From NCBI GenBank assembly GCA_043228905.1, contig JBHGNT010000016.1:5766001-5830000 (forward strand): a DNA stretch of 64,000 bases, written 5' to 3'. Below are positions 1 to 11,099 of this stretch, one piece after another. This DNA is from Azolla caroliniana. Taxonomy: Eukaryota; Plantae; Polypodiophyta. The notes under the pieces are model-generated. The model was not told the origin of the DNA. It saw only the letters and a program-made list of their open reading frames with translations, and ran no database searches. Position 1 is the stretch's first letter; each line of letters opens with the position of its first letter. A program made the position numbers and the translations under genes.

Positions 1-25
1 TAAGCAATGTGCTTCGGATGCAAGT

Positions 26-1051
26 ATGTATGTCAAAATGAAGGACGGGAAACAAGTCATCATTATCATTTACGTGGATGATCTAGTACTTACTGGTGAC
101 CATGAAGAGTGCATTGGCCAAACACAAGAGTGTTTGAAAACTGAGTTTGAAATGACAGACTTGGGGATTCTACACTACTTCCTTGGAATTGAGGTTTGGC
201 AAACCTCGGTCGGCATCTTCATGTCACAAAGAAAGTATGCAACAGAGATCTTGAAGACCTTCGGGATGATGGACAGCAAGTCGAAGTCGACTCCAATGGA
301 GTCAAACTGCAAGCTATCCCAAGAAGACTCATCACCAATGGTTGACATAAGGAAGTATAGACAACTAGTAGGAAGTCTAATTTTCCTATGCAACACTAGG
401 CCGGATATTTGTTTTGCAGTCAATGTGGTGAGTCGATTCAGCAACAAGCCGAAGGAGACTCATTGGAAAGCTGCTCTACGTGTATTAAAGTACATTGTGG
501 GTACTTTAAATTATGGAATCTTCTACAAGCCAACAATTGACCAACTTAGTGGATATTGCGACTCCGATTGGGCTGGAGATAGTGATTCCAGAAAATCAGT
601 TTCTGGATATTGTTTTTCAATAGGATCTGGAGCTGTTTCATGGAGTAGTAAAAAACAACCAACAGTGGCACTATCTTCAACGGAGGCAGAATACAAAGCA
701 GCATGCATAGCGGCATGCGAGGTAGTTTGGCTAAGAAGAATCCTTATGGATGTGGCAGTCCCAATAAGGACGGCAACGGTATTGAGGTGTGACAATCAGA
801 GTTGCATGGCCATTGCCAAGAACCCCGTATTTCATGCACGTACTAAACACATAGAGATTCAGTATCACTATGTGCGGGAGCTAATAAATGATGAGATTGT
901 GGAGCTTGAGTACTGTCCAACATCAGAAAATGCTGCAGATATCTTCACAAAGGCGCTTGGAGCAGAACAGTTGCAACAACACCTTCGACGACTAGGTGTT
1001 GGCCCAATTCCAAGTGAACTCAATGGGTTGATCATTGAGGGGGCGTGTTAG
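26..1051 (+). CDS. Copia pol C-terminus (reverse transcriptase + RNase H), partial
   Basis: Uninterrupted frame with YVDD and Copia RNase H motifs. The stop codon lies in the first bases of the LTR (TGT TAG). Confidence 0.93.
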   Translation: MYVKMKDGKQVIIIIYVDDLVLTGDHEECIGQTQECLKTEFEMTDLGILHYFLGIEVWQTSVGIFMSQRKYATEILKTFGMMDSKSKSTPMESNCKLSQEDSSPMVDIRKYRQLVGSLIFLCNTRPDICFAVNVVSRFSNKPKETHWKAALRVLKYIVGTLNYGIFYKPTIDQLSGYCDSDWAGDSDSRKSVSGYCFSIGSGAVSWSSKKQPTVALSSTEAEYKAACIAACEVVWLRRILMDVAVPIRTATVLRCDNQSCMAIAKNPVFHARTKHIEIQYHYVRELINDEIVELEYCPTSENAADIFTKALGAEQLQQHLRRLGVGPIPSELNGLIIEGAC

Positions 1052-1762
1052 ATATAATCAATGATCAGCCCCAAGTTGTAAATCTATCCCCATATGTGCT
1101 CTTAGAGTGCACATTTTGTGATAGCGCCCCAAATGAGGAGCGGCTAGTGTGCAACTCGACCATATGGGTCGATAAGGTGCTAATCTAGGAAACCGTAGAT
1201 GCGTAGGACACAATATATTTAGGAAAGAGAGAAATAGATAAAAGGATTGGTTAATCAAGTCAGCTAGAATATTTCGTGGGCAAGTTACGATGTACTTAGT
1301 CTTGAAGTATGCGTCATTGACTTCAAGATAAGTATTATGTAGCACTAGCCTGTACCTAGGGAGTTGGGTCATATTAAATGACAAGTCAGTTGACAGAAAA
1401 GGAATATCTCCACTACTGTCAACTGACTTGCACATTTATACTAAGACCAAACATAGATTATAAGTCACTTTTCTCACACAGTGGTCAGATTGATCATTAG
1501 TCCCCACTAATTTTGTAGTGAGCCGGTCCATATCCTATCTAAGCTCTAAGGTGTGAGCGCATGGGAAAACTACCATTTTGAACTACTCTCATATGTAATA
1601 GAAATTCTGTTTTCATATATCCATCTCTGCAGTTGTAACTCTATATACCTATCTACTCGATTCTCAATATTGCTAGTGTTTGTAAGTATCATATTTAAAA
1701 TTCATATCAAGTACTTCTAAACATATCCTAGTTTCTATAGTCCAAGGTGATCATCACCAACA
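1046..1762 (+). repeat. 3' LTR of the Copia element (~717 bp)
   Basis: Starts TGTTAG right after the PPT. Probable end ...CACCAACA at 1762 gives TGTT/AACA terminal inverted repeat. End point inferred because the 5' LTR is outside the window. Confidence 0.7.
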
Positions 1763-3469
1763 AAACACGAAGACTAAAATAAAAATTCATCGTAAGCAAT
1801 TTACCATATTTAGATGCTCAAATATAAGCATGGCCCTAATGCAATGTAATATATAATGTACCATATCATTTGAAACTAGTTGGCAATAATGATTTCTATG
1901 TAACCTTCTTGAAAACTCCCAAATTTATGATTAATACTTCCAAAGAGGCTCAGAGATACATAATTTTAGAATAACCTAACATGAGGAAGCTTGAACCACC
2001 TAAAATTAAATAATTTAGGGATCAAATCAAGAGCTCACAGGTTACTAAAATTGTGTATGGACATCCAACTCCTTGAATCATCATGATTAAAAAAGCAAAG
2101 AACTGGGTCCATTTCCCTGGGTACATTTTTACATGCAGTGACAAACAATTAAGAGTTACAATCAAGCACACCTGAGACATTTACACACTGAGAAGAGCAT
2201 ACATTAACTTCATGGAGATTATACTAAGTGGAAGGTAATGCACAATTGTAAATTACGCCTTTTGCTTTAATACAAAGGCGGTAGAGAGGTAGCGTACAAC
2301 CACTCAATGTGGTTCTAAAGCCTAGAGCCAAGCTAGTCACATTACAAAGCTTCTCCAAATATGGGAGTTGCCACTAGTTAGATTAACTTCTTTCTTGTTT
2401 ATAAAAATGGCGAAGGAAAGAAACATATATTGATATTTATTCAAGACCAAAACCAGCATATGAGACATATCCTGACATATCAAACCAAAATCAACGTATG
2501 AGACAAATCATGATTACAAATATAGGTGAATTCATGTTATCCATACTGAAACAATAAGAAAAGCTGTAGACCCCTTAATATCAATGATAATAAACAAAAT
2601 AAAAATGGCGCGCACCAGCCTATGGCGAAGTTCACCGAGTGCATCTAGGCATCAGCATGTGAATTGAACATGGCAAGCAATGATCTACATGATCTCATCA
2701 TGGTATGGCCCATGTGGATTATACCCCTATACTTGGTCTTGGTTATCATAAGCATTCTTCAATGCATTCAATGGTGACTCTAACATATCAACAGAATTTT
2801 GGGCCTGTGGAAGAAGTTGGTGATGCGCAATTGTCACTCAATTCAATGTGCTAATCTAAGGATTGAATTGAGGAAGGTTCTGCTGAAGTGTCATCAACCA
2901 ACCAATGTAGTAGAAGCCACCAATTCTCCCAGGGAGGAATAGAAAGATTTTATTATCATCCTCACGACTCAAATATCACCTACATGACCAGAAGAATCAT
3001 GGTCATGTAGTGTGTACCTATATGTGGAATAGATAAGTGACACACTCTTGATGCTCATGTACAGGGAACACTGTAATGAATTCCATATATTTGCTTTTAC
3101 TTGAGGTGACCTAGTACAACTTTTCTGTGCCTCTGGAATCTACCGATCCAAAAGTCAACATTAAGATGAATTTGCCCAAATCAGCTCCAGTTTTCGATCT
3201 TCTGATAGATCTACCAATAGTAAAGGACACATGAATGAGGGGGGCAAGCAATAGCACAAAATAGCTGAATGATAATAATAAAAACATACTTTCTTAAGCC
3301 TAAAGTCTGGCGGTGAGGTTATGGCTTAATATTTATCATTCGACTGATGAAATTCTGTAAATAATGCACTAGTTTCAATGTACACAATGACACACTGGGT
3401 TTGCTTACCATTATCTATCCATCACAAAGATGAGGGGGAGAAATGGCTCGATATCATTTGTTCCTTTGT

Positions 3470-6400
3470 CTACAGCTGCCAATCGATTGGAAGTAACCCT
3501 TGATTTACTAGAATTTCATTTGTCTTGGAGAAATGCCTGTGGAACAAATGGCATCATAACATGAACCACAGCTTCTTAATTAAATTTACCGATAATGTAT
3601 TCATTTTTTGTGCTTGGATAATCCATTGCAATACCTACAATTGAAGAAACCTTTTCGAGCAGAGTGGCCTGATGGATGGGATGCCGTAAGGATATAATGG
3701 CTTGTTCTATTGATCAGTCTGCGCAAAGAACCATTCGTGAATCCAATTTAGGAAGATACAAGGAATTAATGATAATCTATAAATATCGACAAGAACTTTA
3801 ACTATCATTCGGCCACATAAGTAGTAACCACATTGTTTGCATCTTAAATACAGATTGCAATAATCTATTTTTGACAAAGACTGAAAATATCATATGAGAA
3901 CTATTTGTTTTTCTATCCTTGAAACTGTGTAGCATTCTTCTGGAGATATTAGCAAGGACTAACATAATCTTCATAAAACTATTTGCCCATGCATCTTAAA
4001 TACAGATGGCAATAATCTATTTTTGACAAAGACTGAAAATATCATATGAGAACTATTTGTTTTTCTATCCTTGAAACTGTGTAGCATTCTTCTGGAGATA
4101 TTAGCAAGGACTAGCATAATCTTCATAAAACTATTTGCCCATGCATCTTAAATACAGATGGCAATAATCTATTTTTGACAAAGACTGAAAATATCATATG
4201 AGAACTATTTGTTTTTCTATCCTTGAAACTGTGTAGCATTCTTCTGGAGATATTAGCAAGGACTAGCATAATCTTCATAAAACTATTTGCCCATGCATCT
4301 TAAATACAGATGGCAATAATCTATTTTTGACAAAGACTGAAAATATCATATGAGAACTAATTGTTTTTCTATCCTTGAAACTGTGTAGCAGCCTTCTGGA
4401 GATATTAGCAAGGACTTGCATAATCTTCATAAAACTTTTTTCCCATCGTCCATTCAATGTACCAAACATCTATGAAACACCCTCTCAAGCTAGTATATAA
4501 AAAGTGTGAGTATGTCTTCTAATTCAGCCATAAACAATGAGTTTTACCCCATATGATATTTCTTGCAGCACATTTATTAGAGACATGAACTAATGTAAGC
4601 ATTAGATAAGGATAGAATATAGATCTAGATAGAAAGGAGAGAGAGAAAGAAGGGTGCCGATCCACCCGACCACCCCCAAGCGAAGGGATCGAGACGAACT
4701 CGAGCCTTGATCGGCATCCCATACCACTGTCATGGCGTCGAGTCGTACCTAGTGCCAGCACGCTCGCTACAAGAGTTGACCCACCACAAGACAGAGTCTC
4801 GACGTAGTCAACAAGATCATGAAATGAGGGTAGCTAGGCCTCTTATTTATAGCGATACCCAAGGCCCCCAGTCATGTTCACAATTAGCCTAATGGGTTGT
4901 CTCAATCCCGAGGATTAAAAGTAATCCTCCCCTTCTTTACACTCTTGTTTAACCCTCACACTTATCCACCTGTATAGAATACTACAGTAAATTCTGACCA
5001 CGGGATATTATATGGTCATGCCCGTAACATACTCCCCCTCTTTAAAACATTGCACTCTTGCAATGGAAAGTTAGGTCATCAGCCTATCGTCTCGCTCTTC
5101 CCCGAGGATTAAAAGTAATCCTCCCCTTCTTTACACTCTTGTTTAACCCTCACACTTATCCACGTGTATAGAATACTACAGTAAATTCTGACCACGGGAT
5201 ATTATATGGTCATGCCCGTAACATACTCCCCCTCTTTAAAACATTGCACTCTTGCAATGGAAAGTTAGGTCATCAGCCTATCGTCTCGCTCTTCCTCATG
5301 TTGTTGGAATTCATCCAGTCTTTCATGTGAGTCGTCTAAAAAAACTTTTAGGTTCTGGCGACAATACAGTTACAACTGAAACTCTGGTTATTTCTGAAGA
5401 TTTATCTTCTAAACCACATGTACCAGAAAGAATTCTCGATGTTAAAACAAAAAAATTACGTACTAAAGAAATCCGAGAATTTAAAATAAAATGGATGGAT
5501 AAATCAATAAAAGAGTGTAAAGAATACTACGGTAAATTCTGACCACGAGATATTATATGGTCATGCCCGTAACAACGTTAATTGACTGCCTATGGATTAC
5601 GGGATCCATAAAACTAAATAATGTAGTTAGGAAAACACTAAATGGCAAACTGAACACATCAGTAAAAGAAAATATTCAAACATGAAGGGTAGTTGCTACT
5701 TGCTTTATCTTCTCTTGGGCAGAGTTCCCCCAGAGGAGGAAGATTAAGCCCGACCTTTGCTGTGCCAATGCCCGAATTGCAGCATCTGTGAAAAGCTCCC
5801 AGCCCTTTTTGGCATGAGAATTTGCGTGGCCATCACGTACTGCCAATCCATTTGTTGAGATGGACAAGTTAGACCACTATAGATGAATTTTAAAGAATTC
5901 TTCCCTCCCATTATACTCAAAAAAACACAGTATTAGCCGCATAACTATATATTGAAAACAATGCATTAACCTATAATTATATCAAAAGTAACATAGCAAC
6001 CACACCTGTAAGCACTGTGTTCATCAAGAGCACTCCCTGTTCCAGGACATCACTTGTAAGCAAAAAACAATTGTAGGAGTTTTAAACAAAACAGAAAATA
6101 GAAAAATCAACCAAAAAAACCTGGTAAACCCATTTCTCTAGATTTCCATGAGAAGGGAATTCACATTTAAGATCACTTTCAATCTCCAGGAAGATGTTTG
6201 CAAGACTTGACGGGAGTTTCATGCCAGTCTCTACCGAAAAGCAAAGGCCCATAGCTTGGCCTTGTTTATGATAAGGGTCCTACAAATCCATAGTTTAAAA
6301 GAGGTCACCTTCGAGCATAGTTTTAAACCTTAACTCCTTTAAGTGAATCACCTTTGGATAGTTAATGTTTCAATAACCCTAAATCATCTAAAGGTATCCG

Positions 6401-8608
6401 CTCTGCAGAGTCTTAAAACCATAAACCCCAAAACAATCATAAAGGCGCCTTTGCATAGTGTAGAACCCTATAGCACTTTAAAGATACCATCTTTTGATAC
6501 TTTTAAACCCCAAACGCTTACAGAGATCACATTTGCATAGTCCTAAACCTTTTAAAGAGGTCATTAACACTATGGACTGAATCATAAAATTCTCATTCGC
6601 ATTCATAAGTTGAAAATTTTCATACCTGGCCTATGATAACCACCTTGACCTTGTCAAACGGGCATGAATTAAAAGCATTGAATAACTTGGGTGATGGTGG
6701 ATAGATGGGAATGTTTGCTGCTGCTTCCTGGCTCAGAAAGTGGTAAAGGCGTTCCATGTATGGCTTCTCAAATTCTCCTCCAAGAATCTTCGCCCATGAT
6801 TTCTCCACCAACAAGCTCTCAAACTTTGGAAATGGTAATCCTTGTGCTGCTTTCCAAGTACATGAAACAAACAAATTCATTACAGGAAACTTGTGAGGTA
6901 TGTGTGCCTATGTGTGTGTGTGTGTGTCAACAGAAATCCATTTTACAGGAAAAAAGTGAGCTTGGTATATTAGCATGAAGAATAATGTAAGCTACTGTTT
7001 GATTCCTACTTGGCATGAAAAACATGATGGTTGACATGATCTCAAATACAAAATTTGTAGCCCCATGTTTCATCCTTGCACAAGAGCCTCCCCTCTTTTT
7101 TAGAACCCAATCAGTTGTTGCCACCTTAACATCACAACATGTTCATTCAATGCTTGTGAAACCATCATTAGGTGCCAAGCCTATCCTACTCTTTCACATT
7201 TAACATTTGCTAATACTCTTCACAAATTTAAAGGAGCTCATATCTGGCCTCACTAATATTAAGTCCCATATATTCTATTTTCACACCTCTCCATCGCTAA
7301 TATGAAGCATATATATGAAGGAGCTCATGTTTATAACAGGCATGAATAGACATATTGTTCGTCCACCCTCTACTCAATTGTTAAGAGGTGAGGCTACCAA
7401 GACCTCTTTAATTATGTATTTGCATCTTTCCTACATAAATTCACATCTTACCACGTTCCTAAGTCATGAAATTCTCATACTCCTGCTCTACACTCACACC
7501 CTTCCCACTCGTCACCGAAACTATGTAGTCTTAATTTGTGCTGGTTTCCCAGTGCAAATGAAGCACACAAATCATTGCAAGTAACCATATGAGCTATATC
7601 CATACCTCATAATAGAAAAAACCAAAATGTGAGCAATGCATACCTCAAGCTAGACAATGACAATAACAAAGACAGAAAACCATTGCAGGCAAAATTTGTA
7701 AAAAGCTGAAGATTAGGCAGCAATAAGATAGGGTTCTTTGCAAAGAAAGAAAAACAGAGAAAACAGAAATCATTCCAAGGAATCGGAAACAGAGGAGGGT
7801 TCTATCAGAAGTTACCTCGAGAACCCAAAACATTATGGTTACATTCGTGTGAATTGCGCCTTGCGATAGCAATAGCTTTGTTGAGCTCTGCCCTAATCTT
7901 CTGATCCTGGTTCAAATTTAAGTTTTGATGGAGGATATCTTTTTCAGTGTCTTTGTTTATCTCTACATTAATATTGTCTTCTTGGTTAAAACCCAAGCTT
8001 CCATTGATGTTATCTTTTGTAATAGTTTTGTTCATCTCGAGCCTATTCTTCTCTTTTTGGCTCCCATTCAAGGTTCCATTTAAGCCATCTTTTGCACTAG
8101 TTGTGTTCCACTCTGCCCTCACCTTGTCGTCTTGGCTGTTTCCATTAAAGCTAACTTTAGCAACATTTTCATGTGTTTGAGCCTTTTCTGAATTCTGGTT
8201 TCTCTCCATGGAGCCTTTCAAGGTCTTCATGGAACTTGCAAAAACATCACTTTCTTCATAATCTGGAAAGTAGTGTGCAAGTGCCTCGAAATGGATTTCT
8301 TCATCAGTTTTCAACGTTCTAAATCCATGTTTTCTAAGATGGGCATATTTCTCTTCTTCTTCTTCTTCTTCTTCTTCTTCTTCTTCTTCTCTAATGCGTG
8401 CAGAGGCTCGGCTTTTCAAAACTCTAAACCTAGAATCTGATCCTAACAGACGTGAAGAATGTTTAGGGAAGATGAAGGAGTGGAAGGAGGGAAGATTCAA
8501 ACATGCCGTTCCTCGTTTCAGGGAAGTGAGTGCCGCTGTTGAATATGAAGAAGAAGAAGAAGAAGAAGAAGAAGAAGAGGAGGAGAGATTGAAGGAGAAC
8601 AGCACCAT
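3470..8608 (-). CDS. UNG: Uracil-DNA glycosylase (family 1), 7 exons, ~497 aa, long Ser/Glu-rich N-terminus
   Basis: Exons (minus): 8608-7816, 6849(or 6846)-6626, 6279-6121, 6036-6006, 5839-5704, 3718-3635, 3536-3470; phases consistent. Motifs VKVVIIGQDPYH, GLCFSV, GVLLMNTVLTV, SHAKKGWELFTD, FLLWGNSAQ, HPSGHSA, GFFNCRHFSKTN, PIDWQL*. Intron 5 is GC-AG. Confidence 0.93.
3839..4446. repeat. Tandem repeat, 4 x 152 bp, near-identical, in UNG intron 5
   Basis: Unit starting GCATCTTAAATACAGAT recurs at 3839, 3991, 4143 and 4295. Confidence 0.95.
4594..5573 (-). mobile_element. Rearranged Ty3/Gypsy chromovirus remnant (LTR, PPT, inverted integrase/chromodomain fragment) in UNG intron 5
   Basis: Minus strand reads PPT AAAGAGGGGGAG then TGTTACGGGC LTR starts at 5029 and 5223, plus a third LTR terminus at 5573. 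Probable other LTR end TGTAAG at 4594. The + strand fragment 5252..5542 encodes 'AYRLALP..IHPVFHVSRLKK...PERILD...EFKIKW'. 194-bp duplication 4907-5100 / 5101-5294. Confidence 0.85.
8350..8391. repeat. (CTT)n microsatellite encoding poly-Glu in UNG exon 1; a (GAA)n tract at ~8547-8583 encodes poly-Ser
   Basis: Directly visible trinucleotide runs. Confidence 0.9.
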
Positions 8609-8679
8609 TGCAGGAAGAGCAGAGAGTAAATTTTGTAAATTACATAAATTGTGTCATGGATATTTATTTATTTTTTAAA

Positions 8680-8960
8680 TACGCTTTTTTTTCTTTTTTT
8701 TCCTTTTTTTTCTTTTCTTTTCCTTTTTTCTTTTTGTTTTTGTTTTTAGTTTTAGTTTTAGTTTTAGTTTTTATTTCTATTTTCATTTTTATTTTCATTT
8801 TCATTTCTTTTTTATTTCTTATTTCTTTTTTTTGTTTTTTGTTTTTTGTTTTTTATTTTTTATTTTTGTTTTTCTTTTTATTTTTATTCTTATTAATATT
8901 ATTTTTTTCCTTTTCCTTTTTTTTTTTGTTTTTAGTTTTTTTTTTTCATTTTTATTTGTT
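8680..8960. repeat. T-rich low-complexity tract upstream of UNG
   Basis: Runs of TTTTTN; explains the spurious Phe-rich and Lys-rich ORFs here. Confidence 0.9.
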
Positions 8961-10079
8961 TGAGGGAGGAGTTTGTAGGGAAAAAAAAAACAAAAATACC
9001 CTCTACTTAAGTTTGCTCTATTTCCCAAAATAACCCTCTCTCCCGGTCTCTCAATCACAAGAGAGCATATATGTATATGCATGAAGTTCCTCCAAATCAT
9101 AGGCTAAAAGAATGTGTTGGTTATTACACATTTGAGAATACATGTAATGGTGGGAAATTAGATATTGAGTCTCCAAGAGACACATTTTAGACATTTTGGT
9201 GATGCTAGTGCTTCTCTCTCTATAGGGATGTTATCAATGATCATCCCTAACTAAGTCCACTGGGATAGAGTTTGAAAATGTCTATATAATGACTTTTCTT
9301 ACAATGTTTCTCCATGTCAAACACCCTCCTTGACTCGGGATCACTCCCCATTGAGATCATAGCCATGGAAAGGGTTGTTGAATACATGCTTAAGGTACAA
9401 AAAAGTCGCTCACGCCAACGTTCTAGAGCTGCATGGAAAGCAAGAAAGGAAATCTGAAACACGCAAAAAAAGCGAAATTGTGTGTTTCAATTGGATGCAA
9501 TATATGAAAAAGTGGTTTAGAAAACGGGATGCAACCCAATTGCTTCATGATGCATCAACACATTCCTTTGTGCATGAGGTATATTAGCAACACCAATTTA
9601 TCATGATATGGGAAAAATGCAGAGGCTCACACTTCACACATTATATTGCATAGGTTGCATCTAACTACAAAACCAGATTCTTAGCCGAACGAGGAAACCA
9701 CAAACATTGATACATGTTAGATCCCATCTCATTGTTAGCCATCTGCACCATTGCTTCCGTATGACTTAGTTCACACTCACTTTGATGTGAGGCAAGATGT
9801 TGGGTGGGGCAAAGACAACGAGATTAGTTGACTACATACATTTTTCCCTTAACAAGTTTGGGAAAAATGTATGTAGTATCATGTATGTATCACACATTGA
9901 TAAAATGCTCTACCTCTGATTACATTCAATTATGCTTTCCACACATCTTCAACCCAACTCAATCTTTAATAAAAATTTCACTCACAATCATAGTGTGCAC
10001 TCTTAGGACATTCATTAGTAATGCTATTGGACATCAAGAGTTACTACTTACTTTTCATGTATTACGTGAAAACATTATA

Positions 10080-10700
10080 ATTTTTTACTAATAAGCCATA
10101 GTTTTCTCTCTCCCTTGCAATTGGCTAGGTTGTTTATACACCAAAACATCAAAGTCATAAATTTGAGAGAACTCACCATGGGCTATGCCACATCTCATAG
10201 ATCACAATCTGTCTCCCATGGACAATAAAAGAGATAACTGCTTATCTCTCCATCTCTCTAGCATTGCCATAGGCCATTTAGGCCCTTAAAATCTTTCATT
10301 GTATATTTCTTTCTTTCCCTCTTCAAATTGCAAAGATAGATTAAAGGATGACATTTGTAAATCCATTGATACTCAAGTAATTAATTCGATGATAAAACAG
10401 GAAAAAGAGAAGAGAGAAACCCTCAAGACACTTTTCCATGTAATCAAAGGAATCGCTAATATCATAACATTAGCTCCCCTCCCTTTTCATCACTTTCTGC
10501 CAACAAGTTGATCTACCAATGAGTGATTAAAGATAAGAATAAAATTACTAAAATGCATTGTTGATCATAATATGTCATGTAATAAGCAGTCAAACAGAAG
10601 AAACAAATGTGATCGGAAGCACCTTGCCACACTAGAACAATACTTCAAGATGGGGGTACATGGAATACTAGGGGATCTTAATGGCCTCATATCAAATCCC
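10080..10700 (-). mobile_element. Highly decayed LINE fragment
   Basis: Minus-strand remnants in the expected order: ASDH (endonuclease end, ~10610-10621), KGLNGL (resembles PGPDG, ~10270-10288), FIVHGRQI (resembles FxPGRQI, ~10207-10230). Many stops and frameshifts. Confidence 0.35.
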
Positions 10701-11099
10701 ACTTACAGCTTCAACTTCTCAATTACTACAAAAAATCACCCATAAAATTTTAAGGATACCTGATGCATATATGAAGAGATATTGCAAGTGTTCTTATAAA
10801 ATGTAGAACACTTCAATGAGAATTGAAAGAGCTGATTATACATTTTCATCCCTTTAACAAATGTCCTCATCATATTTACAGCACTTGAATGCACGTATCA
10901 ATAGCTCATTGGAGAAAACAACAGGGGATATATGGATATTCATCATATATACATGCAGTGAAAAGCTACAACATTTGATACAATCTCTAAAATGATTCTC
11001 TAACATAACCTAAACAGACCTTTTGACAATAGAATCAACTTTTGCCTCCCAAAAGAGGTGAGAACTTTGTGGGTGTAATGTTACTTTCCATCCGAATGT

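Larger units (their letters stand above)
1..1762 (+). mobile_element. 3' part of a Ty1/Copia LTR retrotransposon (RT, RNase H, PPT, 3' LTR), truncated by the window start
   Basis: ORF 26..1051 has Copia RT 'IIIYVDDLV' and RNase H 'GYCDSDWAGD...SSTEAEY...CDNQS...RTKHIEIQYH...ADIFTKAL'. Polypurine tract GAGGGGGCG ends at 1045, directly followed by TGTTAG. Confidence 0.95.

Noticed and set aside
8608-9100. Phe-rich (+) and Lys-rich (-) ORFs
   Set aside because: Translations of a T-rich low-complexity tract; no coding signature.
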